From positions 12,611 through 76,610 of the forward strand of contig CBFIDD010000002.1 in assembly GCA_965661285.1 (NCBI GenBank): a DNA stretch of 64,000 nucleotides, read 5' to 3'. The notes below the pieces were generated by a model that was not told where the DNA came from, searched no databases, and saw nothing but the letters and a program-made list of their open reading frames with translations. The DNA is from Poseidonia sp. Lineage in GTDB: Archaea > Thermoplasmatota > Poseidoniia > Poseidoniales > Poseidoniaceae. The translations under genes and the position numbers were made by a program. Positions 27,991 to 38,210 of this stretch are shown one piece after another. Numbering within the stretch: position 1 is the first letter of the stretch; each line of letters starts with the position of its first letter.

Positions 27991-30900
27991 ATGAATCCTT
28001 GTTGCGAGGGTTGGTCCATGAGCCGCCTTTCATGGCTTGCACTCACAGGTGTTTTGGGGGTGGTGAACCTTGCCACTGCCTCGGCCGCCACGGTGTCGAC
28101 ATCGTCCGGTTTCACGACGTCGATGCTCGTGCCCTTGCTGAGTGCGCTCCTGATCGCCTTCTTTGTACGGCGGTGGTTCATCCCTCAGCAGTTGAAAAAT
28201 TTGCAGGTCGCCTTTGAAATTGACGATGACCTCTACGAAGTTCATCGACTCACACGGACGCTGCGAGACTCGAGACGCTTGTTGAACACCGGTCGAGTTG
28301 GCTACGGTGTTCTGTTGTACATGATGGGGCTCACCGGCGTCCTCATTCTCATCGCAGAACTGTTGTTTGACGCCGCCGTATTTTCGCAATTTAACCTCTA
28401 CATTGTTGCGGTTTTGATCCTGATTCCCGTGGTCATTTCACCCTGGGAAACGCTGAACAGTCAACTTTCAGGTCGGAATAGAGAAGTGCGGTCTTCACTG
28501 ACTGCAGATCTAATTCGGCGCCTCTTTACCTTGGCGTTCTTGGGCATTACGACCGTCCTGGTCTTGGCATATGGATATCGACTCAACGGCACCCTCACGC
28601 CGACGTGGATTGCCTTTGCCATGTTGACCTTTATGTCCCCCACCATCTTCGCCTACGGTCGTATCATGGGCGCCTCTTGGAACATGCTTTTGATCAATAA
28701 ATGGCGCACCGCCCGTGGGAGGAAAAATCCAATCGATCCGGATAAGAACGGATTTATCGGGCGATTGTTTTCCTTCCTCCTCGTTCTCTTCCTCATGACC
28801 ATGCCCATCACGGCGTTGAACGGCATTTTGACCGTTGTCTACGTCATGATCAACAATCCTCCCAATGCGGAAGAAGTTCTCAATTACGGCGGAATTATCG
28901 GATATTCGCTCTTTTTGCGGATTGATGCGATATCAGAATTTCTCTTTCACTGGGAGTTCATCAAATCGCTCCCGCAATTCCTTTCCCTTTATCTTACAAT
29001 GAACATTGCCATCGTTGGATTAGCGTTCATTTTCGAACTGACGCGCAACTTGATTCTCGGTGGACAATCCTTCGGCGGAATGTTCGGTGTTACGCTTGAT
29101 ACGCCCCGTGAAATACGGGCAGAAAAAAATGCGCAAGCGCGTCAACTCACCTTTGCTTTTGCCGGATTTTCGGGATACACCGTCTTGCTTTTGATCTTGG
29201 TATGTTACAAAGAATTTGGTGGGCTCATGCCCCTCACCGCAACGCTCGAAGCCAATGATTTCGATGAAGGCATGCGTCTGTTGACCGTTTGGCTCTTTAT
29301 TGCCGTTGGCCAATTGGTTTTCTTGATGACCTGGCTCGTCTCCATCAGCCGCTTTGGCCACCTAAAAAATCTCCGATTTGACTTGAATCCCGACGAGCGC
29401 CGTGAAGGTGCTGTCCGTCTCGCGGGTGGAGACAAACTCCAAAATCTTGTGGAAAACGCTGCCTTCAACGAGGATTTGGACATGCTCTTACGCATCCAAA
29501 CACACGATTTCCCGGGTGATCAAGCCCTCATTCGGCAAGAGCAATCACGTGCATCCATGTGGGAGAAAGCCCTGCGTGGACTTTGGCCTCAGGCCATTGA
29601 GGAGAGTCGCAAACTCTTGGCGCAGACGGGTGGAGATAACGATGAGGCGAGGATGATCATCGCCACGGGCTACATGGCACTGCGTCGCCTTGATGCCGCA
29701 CGGGAAGCCCTTCACGGTCTGCAACAACCCGAGGGCTACGACGAACCTGAAATTTTGTCATTTATTTGTGAATGGCTTGACCCCTGGAACGGTTCGGTGT
29801 CTGAGGATGACTTGTGGGATTGGGAAAACAATTCGGCCATCGATCATCTGCAAGTCCTCCAAAACATGATGCGAACTTGGAAGCCCCGGCCCAAGGAAAT
29901 GATGGTGCACAACGACAAACTCTCTCAAACGGGCCAACTTTCAATGGTGGCCTTGTTGAGGGCTCAGCGTCGATACGATGAAGCGCTTGAACTTGCGTTG
30001 TCATTGGTCCGCTCGGATCCCATAGGTGTCCGCCCGCGGGTTGCCGTGGCTCTCTGCCTCATTGATACGGGGCAGTGGCACGATGCGAAAACGATTCTTG
30101 ACGAACTCATGAAAAGCGATGGCAAAGACCCTAGGGTTCTCGCCTTGGCCGTCATCTTTGGATACGGCACAAAAGGCCGGGAGCACATGGAAGTCTCCTT
30201 GGTTTTTGATGATGCCAAGGATACGAAAAAATGGATGGATGCTGCCCCCGTGAATGCCTATGCTGCACTTCTCCAGAACGGTGGATTGGACGAGGCTATG
30301 AATGCCAACGTCATGATTGCAGCCCATGAAGCAACACGTCGAGCGATGCCGCCGAGGTTTTCTGCTGGTATTCTCTCCAACATTTTCCAGTACCTTGTGC
30401 TCATTCCAATGTGGTTTGTTATCGGAATTCTTACCTTTCAGGAAGTGGGTCAAACAGAGGGGTTGTCGGTATTGGGTGGGCTTCTCTTCCTGCACTTTTC
30501 ATACCGCCGCATCATGCGGCAACAGGAACATCAAATCAAACATCGAGATCAGCGTGGAATGATCAAATATGCACGACGACTTCGCAGATTCAAAGCGACT
30601 CCAGACGCCAGCAACATCCCCATTGGGAATCATTTGCTTCTCGGGGGCATCTTGGTCACTGTCAACGGCGTCGTTCTGGACATTGGCTTCCCCGCATGGC
30701 TTTTTGAACGGCTTCCAAAAGAGTCGGACAAAAAAATCCGAAGCAAACTTCGTCGGCGTAGCCTGCGTTTGGAAAAGGGACGCACGCCTCGGGTATCTAC
30801 GCTTGGCAAAGCATGGTGGTTAAAGCGACCCAAAGAACATGCAGAGTCCGGTCCCATGCTTGAACGAACCATCGGTCCCGTGGCTTATCGCGGCCGGACC

Positions 30901-31014
30901 AATTACATCCGAAAGAAAGAGGCCCAATCGCTCAACGACGCAGCACAAGGGAAAGAGACACCGCTGCAAAAGCGGTTTATCCCTCGCAACACCATTCGAA
31001 GCGAGCGGTCCTGA
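27991..31014 (+). CDS. 1007-aa polytopic membrane protein with central TPR-like region (function unknown)
   Basis: About 10 N-terminal TM helices, then a soluble ~330-aa segment with TPR-like helical hairpins (ALLRAQRRYDEALELALSLVRSDP...DTGQWHDAKTILDELMKSD), then 3-4 more TMs and a basic tail. Confidence 0.55.
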   Translation: MNPCCEGWSMSRLSWLALTGVLGVVNLATASAATVSTSSGFTTSMLVPLLSALLIAFFVRRWFIPQQLKNLQVAFEIDDDLYEVHRLTRTLRDSRRLLNTGRVGYGVLLYMMGLTGVLILIAELLFDAAVFSQFNLYIVAVLILIPVVISPWETLNSQLSGRNREVRSSLTADLIRRLFTLAFLGITTVLVLAYGYRLNGTLTPTWIAFAMLTFMSPTIFAYGRIMGASWNMLLINKWRTARGRKNPIDPDKNGFIGRLFSFLLVLFLMTMPITALNGILTVVYVMINNPPNAEEVLNYGGIIGYSLFLRIDAISEFLFHWEFIKSLPQFLSLYLTMNIAIVGLAFIFELTRNLILGGQSFGGMFGVTLDTPREIRAEKNAQARQLTFAFAGFSGYTVLLLILVCYKEFGGLMPLTATLEANDFDEGMRLLTVWLFIAVGQLVFLMTWLVSISRFGHLKNLRFDLNPDERREGAVRLAGGDKLQNLVENAAFNEDLDMLLRIQTHDFPGDQALIRQEQSRASMWEKALRGLWPQAIEESRKLLAQTGGDNDEARMIIATGYMALRRLDAAREALHGLQQPEGYDEPEILSFICEWLDPWNGSVSEDDLWDWENNSAIDHLQVLQNMMRTWKPRPKEMMVHNDKLSQTGQLSMVALLRAQRRYDEALELALSLVRSDPIGVRPRVAVALCLIDTGQWHDAKTILDELMKSDGKDPRVLALAVIFGYGTKGREHMEVSLVFDDAKDTKKWMDAAPVNAYAALLQNGGLDEAMNANVMIAAHEATRRAMPPRFSAGILSNIFQYLVLIPMWFVIGILTFQEVGQTEGLSVLGGLLFLHFSYRRIMRQQEHQIKHRDQRGMIKYARRLRRFKATPDASNIPIGNHLLLGGILVTVNGVVLDIGFPAWLFERLPKESDKKIRSKLRRRSLRLEKGRTPRVSTLGKAWWLKRPKEHAESGPMLERTIGPVAYRGRTNYIRKKEAQSLNDAAQGKETPLQKRFIPRNTIRSERS

Positions 31015-31077
31015 GCCTACGCTTTCTCTTCTGGTCGTTGACGAGAGTTCAAGGACTGCCACCCGGATAACTACCCC

Positions 31078-32391
31078 ATGAGCAACACACCCGGTGCTTG
31101 GAGTGCATCCGAACAGAACCTGCGTTTGGCTGAGGAAATCAGTAAAGCCGTTGATGCAAGTGGGGCACTGTACCGTCATGGACTGGGGATGATCGCCTCC
31201 GAGAACATCATCTCGCCCGCTGTGAGCGACATCGTCGGAAGTGACTTGCACGGGCGATATGCCGAGGGGTTGCCCGGTAAGCGCTACTACCAAGGTTGCG
31301 AGGATTTCGATACCATTGAGGCCCTCGGGATTGAACTGGCACAGGAGGTTTTCCAAGCTTCGTTCGCGAACATCCAGTCGGTCTCAGGCACGGTTTCCAA
31401 CATCGCAGCGCTCAAGGTGCTCGCGAAACCGGGTGACGACATCACCGCAGTGTCAACAGCCGACGGAGGCCACATCTCCCATGCACGCATGGGCGCCGTT
31501 GGCTTGCGGGACCTCAATCTCACGACCTACCCCTGGAACGAGGAACGAATGGAACCCGACATTGACGCTGCGTGCAAGACCATTCGTGAGGTTCAACCCA
31601 AGGTTGCGCTTTTTGGCCAGTCGGTGTTTCTCTTCCCCACGCCACTTGAAGAAATGGCTGCCGCTGCCAAAGAGGTCGGTGCATCGGTCATGTACGATGG
31701 AGCACATGTGTTGGGCCTCATCGCTGGAGGCCAATTCCAAGACCCTCTTCGAGAAGGGGCGGATTTGATGACCGGTTCAAGTCACAAAACCTTCCCGGGG
31801 CCACAAGGCGGTTTTCTGCTTTCATCTTCGGAGGACCCTGCTTTCCAACGCCGCCTGAACACGGCGATGTTCCCCGGCGTGTGTTCATCCTACCACCTTC
31901 ATCACGTCGCAGGTAAGGTGATGGCACTTGCTGAGTTCAAGGAATACGGCGAGGCCTATGCCCGTGATACGGTCGCCAATGCACAGGCCTTCGCTGGAGC
32001 ACTCGCAAGCGAGGGCTTTGATGTGCTGGCGGAAAGTCGAGGCTACACTGCTTCCCATCAGGTGCTCACACGCCACGGTGAACTCGATTCGGGAGCCGGT
32101 GCGAAAGCTGCGAAGCGGTTGGAGGACGCAGGCATCATCACCAACATGAACATGCTCCCAGGTGACACCAAGGCCCTCGCACCCTCCGGTCTTCGTTTGG
32201 GTGTTCAGGAACTAACGCGTGTTGGCTTCACCCGAGACGACATGGAAGAAGTCGCTCGCATGTACGCCCGGGTCTTGCTCCACGACGAGGACCCTAGCAC
32301 CGTGAAAAACGATGTCAAAGCCCTCAAAGCCAATCATCAAACAATCCGTTATTGTTTCAACCAAGATGGAAGGTCAGGCTACCCGGAGTAG
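31078..32391 (+). CDS. glyA: serine hydroxymethyltransferase
   Basis: IASENIISPAV, RYYQGCE and the PLP-lysine motif TGSSHKTFPGPQGG are present. Confidence 0.93.
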   Translation: MSNTPGAWSASEQNLRLAEEISKAVDASGALYRHGLGMIASENIISPAVSDIVGSDLHGRYAEGLPGKRYYQGCEDFDTIEALGIELAQEVFQASFANIQSVSGTVSNIAALKVLAKPGDDITAVSTADGGHISHARMGAVGLRDLNLTTYPWNEERMEPDIDAACKTIREVQPKVALFGQSVFLFPTPLEEMAAAAKEVGASVMYDGAHVLGLIAGGQFQDPLREGADLMTGSSHKTFPGPQGGFLLSSSEDPAFQRRLNTAMFPGVCSSYHLHHVAGKVMALAEFKEYGEAYARDTVANAQAFAGALASEGFDVLAESRGYTASHQVLTRHGELDSGAGAKAAKRLEDAGIITNMNMLPGDTKALAPSGLRLGVQELTRVGFTRDDMEEVARMYARVLLHDEDPSTVKNDVKALKANHQTIRYCFNQDGRSGYPE

Positions 32392-32403
32392 GCAGGGGAC
32401 AGG

Positions 32404-33435
32404 ATGGCAGCCACCCACAACGCAGACCACGCTTCGTTTATGTTGGGTGCGAACGGTGTTTTTCTTGACGCCTTCGGCGATCGATGCGTCTTGATTGGAA
32501 GCATTGAATTCACGGAATTTTGTCATCGATTGGACGCCATGTTTGAGGCACCCCTGGGTCGTAAATTGATTTACGCCGCCACCGATGCTGAGGAACGTCT
32601 CCTTTCGCACCACCCATCTGCGAAATTTGGACGCTGGTTCGGAAAATCAAACGTAAAGTCTCGCCTTCGCCAACGGGCCGCTGACATGGGGTGGGGGTTG
32701 TTTGGTGATGGGCAGATTATCGGCCCGGTGCATGATGCCATGACGGTTGGTTTTTCCCTCGCACATCACGAGCACATGAACCAAGAAAGGGCCACCATCG
32801 AATGGAAGCAAGCCACTTCTGAACTCATTCACCTCGTTTATTCCCATAAAGCCGAATTTCTGGAGATCGTATCTCCTCCACGCCGACTCCCATGGTTTGG
32901 CGAACTTCATGCATCGTCCCCAACACGGACGTTCACGACCGATTTTGACCATCGAGTGTACGGTTTTTTCCACGGTGAGGAACGTTCATTCTTTCTCTCT
33001 GTTCAGGTCTTTTTGTACATGTTTGAATCCATTCTTGGACGACCGCTTTCGCAAGATTTGGTGCCATCATTTTCCCTCGAAGTTCATGGTGTTTCAGAGC
33101 ATGAACAGACGTTTCGAACCCTTGTCCACGCTGCTTGTGCAGCCTTTGAGCAAAACAACCGACCGGTGTACGTTCAAACCAAAGAGGACTGGGGTGGCCA
33201 TTTGGACAAATTCTTCACCGAGCGGGGTTTTGGTCGGGTGCTTGTGCAGGAAAGCATTCTCGATGGTGTACCTCGTTCGATATTCACCGTGCATTCACCC
33301 ATCACTCCGTACAGCGTTGGGGTCCTCGTTGGCATGTGGCAGCGCGCCCACGGAACGCTCGGTGATGTCGAGGTCACGCTGGACGGTGAAAAGTGCAGCG
33401 TTAGCCTCTCACCGCGCCGAGTGGATTACGTCTGA
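32404..33435 (+). CDS. hypothetical protein, possibly tandem V4R-like ligand-binding domains
   Basis: The C-terminal pattern ERGFGRV...F.V..........G.L.G.W....G....V.....G..C.V.L and a similar N-terminal half resemble V4R (4-vinyl-reductase) domains. Weak, by-eye only. Confidence 0.4.
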   Translation: MAATHNADHASFMLGANGVFLDAFGDRCVLIGSIEFTEFCHRLDAMFEAPLGRKLIYAATDAEERLLSHHPSAKFGRWFGKSNVKSRLRQRAADMGWGLFGDGQIIGPVHDAMTVGFSLAHHEHMNQERATIEWKQATSELIHLVYSHKAEFLEIVSPPRRLPWFGELHASSPTRTFTTDFDHRVYGFFHGEERSFFLSVQVFLYMFESILGRPLSQDLVPSFSLEVHGVSEHEQTFRTLVHAACAAFEQNNRPVYVQTKEDWGGHLDKFFTERGFGRVLVQESILDGVPRSIFTVHSPITPYSVGVLVGMWQRAHGTLGDVEVTLDGEKCSVSLSPRRVDYV

Positions 33436-33471
33436 ACGAGCCATACATTCGGGCTCGTGCGTCGTATTTTT
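33436..33471 (+). terminator. hairpin plus T5 tract immediately after the stop codon
   Basis: A 7-bp stem ACGAGCC (33436-42) / GGCTCGT (33452-58) with a 9-nt loop, followed by TTTTT at 33467-33471. Confidence 0.35.
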
Positions 33472-33546
33472 CTGCTCAACTGTGGTCAAGGTTCATAACC
33501 GAATCAACGCCTCGGTTGGCTTGCACAGCGGTGCCGGGTGTTACAC

Positions 33547-36500
33547 ATGAGTCTTAACCACAACCAAATGGCGTATGTAGCCATCGTTTCGACCTTGATT
33601 TTTGGGTCCCTTTTCGTAGGTGTCTCCGGCTTCTTCCAAACCAATGAAGATATTGGAGGTTTTGAGAGCGCTGTTGAAGAAGATATTCGTGGTGAATCCG
33701 AGCTGACGGCTGCCGCCCTTGACACCGACGGCGATGGTCTTTCTGACAAACTCGAAGAAACCCAATACGGTACGGATGTCAATGACCCCGATACCGATAA
33801 TGACGGGATGAGCGACGGCTGGGAAGTGCAGCACGGGCTCAATCCCCTGGACAACGGAGAATCAGAAGATTTGGAAGTTGACCCCACACAAAATCAAGAT
33901 TCCAGTGACGCACAAGTTGAGAACGAAACCGATTCGTGGCCTGACCCCAGTCAAGGCCCAACAGGGGACCCCGACCGAGACGGCTTGACCAATCAGGCTG
34001 AGCAGGAACTCGGGACCGACCCACAACGGGCAGACACCGACAACGACGGATTGAACGACCGCTGGGAATCGCTCTACACCACCAGCGTCCAAACCCCCGG
34101 TGGAGAGGTTGTTCTCTTCAATCCACTCGACGGAAATTGGGACTGTTTGCTTCTCGACCAGGCCATGGTGGATGCACTTGAAACCCGCTTCAATGGCGAA
34201 AACGGCATGGCGGAATGGGACGATTTGGCTTCAAACGGCCAGCATTCCTGCGACATGGTGCTGGATACGGATGATGACGGCCTCGCAAATTTTGAGGAGG
34301 AGATCTTCGGTACGAATCCCACCGCCCGAGATTCAGACATGGATTTGATTGACGATATCGTCGAGGTTGCCAACGAGAGCCTTGCCCTCTATGCTGGTTT
34401 GGGTGAAAACTGCAACGAACCCCTTCTCAATCCACTCCCGCACATCGGTCCGTTCTACGGTGTTGAGCGCAATTGGTTCATGATGGACATGGACGGCGAT
34501 GGCCTCCTCAACGGTCCCTCCGACTGGGACACCGACGGTGATGGCATGCCCGATGGTTTCGAATTCTGCTATTCAGATGTATCCATGGCGCCCAATGCCG
34601 CCTACGTGTTGAATCCCGCTAACGCCTCCGACGGGTACGGCGACTGGGATGAAGATGGAATGAACAACCTTGAGGAGTATCAGGTCGCCCAACTCTTCGG
34701 AGAGGGCAATTTCACTTCGCCTTGGCTAGAGGACACCGATCAGGATGAAATGCCTGACCAATGGGAGGCTGCCAACGGACTCCACCCTCGCTCAGCGCTC
34801 AATCGGGATCAAGACCCTGATATGGACGGATATGACCTCGACGCCGACGGCGATGTCATGTACAGCGAGCTTGAGAACACCGCCATCGTTCACACCGTGG
34901 ACGTCGCTCTCGGTCAGCAGGTTTCTGCAAACCAGCAGGTGGCCTCGGCCCGTATTACCCTCGCTGGTGGCAACCAACAGGTCGTCCCTCTGCGAGCACC
35001 CGTTGACGGCTATGTGTACGAACTCAACGTCGTGCTCGGTCAGAGCATTGAATCTCGATTGTTCAGTTGGATGAATATCGTCGAGGAAGAAGAACGGTTC
35101 ACCAACGTTATGGAATACAAAGCCAACGACCGAGACCAAGACGGAATTCTCGATGGCCGAAGCACCAACCCGTTGAACGCCGATACCGATTCGGACGGCC
35201 TCATCGACGGCATTGAGGTCATGGGTTGGGAAATCTTGGTCGTGAATCGTGGCGTTCAACCCACGTGGGTCACCTCCGACCCGGGTCTGTACGATACCGA
35301 TGCTGACGGGCTTTCCGACTTCGAAGAATTCTCGTCAACGTGCAATCTTGGGGGCTCGAATGCCTCCAATCCCGATACCGATTCGGACGGCTTGACCGAT
35401 TTGGAAGAAGCCGGTGACAACTTCATGTGGGAAGGAGAAACCTACTCGACCAGCCCTTGTATGTTCGATACGGACAACGATGGCCTTGAAGATGGCGAGG
35501 AAGTCATCGCTGGTGCTGACAACTTCTTGACCCACGCCAACAACTCTGACACGGACGATGACGGACTCATCGACGGGCAAGAAGTGCTCTTCGTTCCACG
35601 GCCGTTCCAAAACCCAACCAACCCGCTCCTCAATGATACGGATGCTGATGGCATGCTCGATGGTTGGGAGATGCAGGTCAAGTCTGCAGAAGACAACACC
35701 AACACCCACAGTCTCTGGGTCGTCACCTCCACGTGGGAACGACCGGGCTGTGAATCCACCCAAACGAACTCATGTACGATGCAACCCGGTGGCTATGTTT
35801 GGTTGAATTGGCTCGGTGGGTTTGAACTTGAACCGAAATTCCAGGTCAGCGAAATGAACCTGACGGGTTTCCAAATGCCATCCAGCGCACTCTGCGATGG
35901 ATGTAACGGCCGATGGGCCCTGGACCCTTCGCTGAGTTCCTTGAAGGATGATACCTTTGACATTGATAACGACACGCTGCCCAACGGCATGGAAGCACCC
36001 GACCGATGGGACACCAATCCTGTTGACGATGACACAGACGGTGACCTCCTACCGGACGGATGGGAGGTGTACTACTCGCAACTCGCCTTTGAGATTGGCT
36101 TGGCCGACAACGAAACCGTTGGTGTTTACGGCGCTCGTGGTGTTATGGACCCAGCCATGCCCGACAGTGATTTGGATGGCATTGAGGACGGATATGAAGA
36201 CCCAGACAACGATGGTCTCAACCGAACCGGTTTGATCAAGCGGTATTGTCCGGGTTACAATGACAGCACCAATTCGGAGTGCAACATTGACCCGAACACA
36301 CCAGATGGAGAACGGTTCTATGACAATCTCGAGAATTACACGAACTTCGAGGAGATGCAGAACGGAACCAACCCCATCACGAACGATACTGACGGTGACG
36401 ACTGGAACGACGGTCCCGAGGTCTACTACCAGGACCACGACGACGATGGCATGGCAACCGGTTGGGAATATCATTTCCAATTCGATCCGTTCGATGGAGC

Positions 36501-36627
36501 CGACCGAATGGTTGACACCGACGGTGACGGGCATGTCAATTTCTGCGAATACAAGTGGGACACCAACCCGAGAAATCCTGTTTCTTACCCCGGCCAAGGG
36601 GAACTGTGTGACCCGTTTACTGATTGA
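33547..36627 (+). CDS. secreted/anchored giant protein built of thrombospondin type-3-like Ca-binding repeats
   Basis: N-terminal signal-anchor AYVAIVSTLIFGSLFVGVSGFF. There are more than 20 copies of DTDxDGxxDxxE (e.g. DTDGDGLSDKLE, DTDNDGMSDGWE, DTDSDGLIDGIE, DTDADGMLDGWE). Confidence 0.8.
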   Translation: MSLNHNQMAYVAIVSTLIFGSLFVGVSGFFQTNEDIGGFESAVEEDIRGESELTAAALDTDGDGLSDKLEETQYGTDVNDPDTDNDGMSDGWEVQHGLNPLDNGESEDLEVDPTQNQDSSDAQVENETDSWPDPSQGPTGDPDRDGLTNQAEQELGTDPQRADTDNDGLNDRWESLYTTSVQTPGGEVVLFNPLDGNWDCLLLDQAMVDALETRFNGENGMAEWDDLASNGQHSCDMVLDTDDDGLANFEEEIFGTNPTARDSDMDLIDDIVEVANESLALYAGLGENCNEPLLNPLPHIGPFYGVERNWFMMDMDGDGLLNGPSDWDTDGDGMPDGFEFCYSDVSMAPNAAYVLNPANASDGYGDWDEDGMNNLEEYQVAQLFGEGNFTSPWLEDTDQDEMPDQWEAANGLHPRSALNRDQDPDMDGYDLDADGDVMYSELENTAIVHTVDVALGQQVSANQQVASARITLAGGNQQVVPLRAPVDGYVYELNVVLGQSIESRLFSWMNIVEEEERFTNVMEYKANDRDQDGILDGRSTNPLNADTDSDGLIDGIEVMGWEILVVNRGVQPTWVTSDPGLYDTDADGLSDFEEFSSTCNLGGSNASNPDTDSDGLTDLEEAGDNFMWEGETYSTSPCMFDTDNDGLEDGEEVIAGADNFLTHANNSDTDDDGLIDGQEVLFVPRPFQNPTNPLLNDTDADGMLDGWEMQVKSAEDNTNTHSLWVVTSTWERPGCESTQTNSCTMQPGGYVWLNWLGGFELEPKFQVSEMNLTGFQMPSSALCDGCNGRWALDPSLSSLKDDTFDIDNDTLPNGMEAPDRWDTNPVDDDTDGDLLPDGWEVYYSQLAFEIGLADNETVGVYGARGVMDPAMPDSDLDGIEDGYEDPDNDGLNRTGLIKRYCPGYNDSTNSECNIDPNTPDGERFYDNLENYTNFEEMQNGTNPITNDTDGDDWNDGPEVYYQDHDDDGMATGWEYHFQFDPFDGADRMVDTDGDGHVNFCEYKWDTNPRNPVSYPGQGELCDPFTD

Positions 36628-36632
36628 TCAGA

Positions 36633-38207
36633 ATGCCCGAGATGGCTGTCTGGAACCGTAGCGTGGCTCACCTCATGGTGTGCCTTGTCGTGCTGAGCGT
36701 ACTGTCTCTTCACGTTCAAGCCACCCACACGACCGGAGCTTTACCAACCGGTATGCTCGAGTTTGATGATGAGAACGGCGCTCAATTTTCGGACACGCTT
36801 TCCCTGAACGGTACCTCAACTTTCCCGCTGCGAAACGCCAGTTGGACCGTTGTCAACATTTCTGGCATGACGCCCACGACCTTGATGAGTGGGCCGTTTT
36901 TGAGCTCTGTTGAACCCGTGTCAGAAGATCTCTTTTCCTGGCAACTGGTCGTTGATGTCGCATCGCATGATTGCACGTGCTATGTTGAACTGACCGTGAA
37001 CAAGAAACATGGCCCCGATTTTTCATCACGATTAATCGTTTTTCTCGGAGACCAACATCATCGGCCGGTCCTTCCGCAGGACTTCACTTCGTGGGGCAAT
37101 GAAGTCTCATCAGGAGGTGCGATGGAGGACGAAGGGCATCCTGTCCTCCTCCGCTCGTCTCACAACATCACCCTTCCGTTGGTCACGGCACCAAGCAGCG
37201 GCGACATCGTCCGTGTCAACGCTCTCGTTTGTCCAGCGCCAAACGGCGTTTGTACCACCGCTCCCACACAGGTTGAACTTCCCTTCTCAGCATCAGCAAG
37301 CCATCTCGAAATCACGGTCGACCCGGGCGCCCTTGAACTCGGAGAAGGTATTTGGCAGTTTGATTTTTCAGCGACCGACACGTTGCTGAGAACCACAAAT
37401 CCAGCGCGTGCTGCCTTTATCCACGATACACAGCCACCAACCGTAGCGCTGAATCTACCTCCAACGGTGAACGAGGGTGAATCCTTCCATGTCTACGCCA
37501 GCGTTGACGATGGCTATGATGGCGCTCAGTACGTAGCAACCTGGTCAATCATACAGGCAAATGGTGACCGTCGTGCACCCTCGGAGAGCGAAACGGTGAG
37601 CCAGGACCATCTGCTGCTGAACTTCACCAAACAAGGTGAATACGCGCTCAACGTCTCGGTCCGTGACAGTTCAGGCCAGGTTTCACATCACGAGCAGAGG
37701 GTGACGGTTCTCAACCTCCCACCGACGGCAAAAATATCGGTTGACGGTTTGGTGCTCGATGACATGGGGCTGTTGACCTTCGGGCCACAAGACCTCTGGG
37801 AATTGAACGCCAGCGAGAGTTTTGACAACGAGGCCGTCGATTACCTCTGGGTCATTGACGATAACAGGTCGGTACGTGGAACCTCGACGCTTTCCTCTGA
37901 CCAATTCCATGGACCGGATCTCCACCGGATCGAACTGATCGTCTTCGACGATGATGGCGCTACGCATTCGACGGTTGTTGAAATTGAAATCCTGCCTGAG
38001 GAATCTGTCGAACAACAGCGGACCTCACTTCTGGCCATCCTCCTCCTTGTGGCCCTCCTGTTGGTCGGATTTATGCTTCAACGGGGTTCTTCCACAACAG
38101 AAGATCTGCCAAAATGGACCGCTCAGGAATCGAAGGAACGGCCTCACAATCCACCCTCAAATCAGCGCATTGATGCAACGGTTGAAGAAGACGAACCTCG
38201 AGGATGA
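36633..38207 (+). CDS. secreted Ig/PKD-like repeat protein with C-terminal TM anchor
   Basis: Signal peptide AHLMVCLVVLSVLSLHVQA. PKD-like strands are present (WSIIQANGDR, YALNVSVRDSSGQVSHHEQRVTVLN, LIVFDDDGATHSTVVEIEI). C-terminal TM is LLAILLLVALLLVGFML. The start region overlaps the stop of the upstream gene. Confidence 0.6.
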   Translation: MPEMAVWNRSVAHLMVCLVVLSVLSLHVQATHTTGALPTGMLEFDDENGAQFSDTLSLNGTSTFPLRNASWTVVNISGMTPTTLMSGPFLSSVEPVSEDLFSWQLVVDVASHDCTCYVELTVNKKHGPDFSSRLIVFLGDQHHRPVLPQDFTSWGNEVSSGGAMEDEGHPVLLRSSHNITLPLVTAPSSGDIVRVNALVCPAPNGVCTTAPTQVELPFSASASHLEITVDPGALELGEGIWQFDFSATDTLLRTTNPARAAFIHDTQPPTVALNLPPTVNEGESFHVYASVDDGYDGAQYVATWSIIQANGDRRAPSESETVSQDHLLLNFTKQGEYALNVSVRDSSGQVSHHEQRVTVLNLPPTAKISVDGLVLDDMGLLTFGPQDLWELNASESFDNEAVDYLWVIDDNRSVRGTSTLSSDQFHGPDLHRIELIVFDDDGATHSTVVEIEILPEESVEQQRTSLLAILLLVALLLVGFMLQRGSSTTEDLPKWTAQESKERPHNPPSNQRIDATVEEDEPRG

Positions 38208-38210
38208 ATC

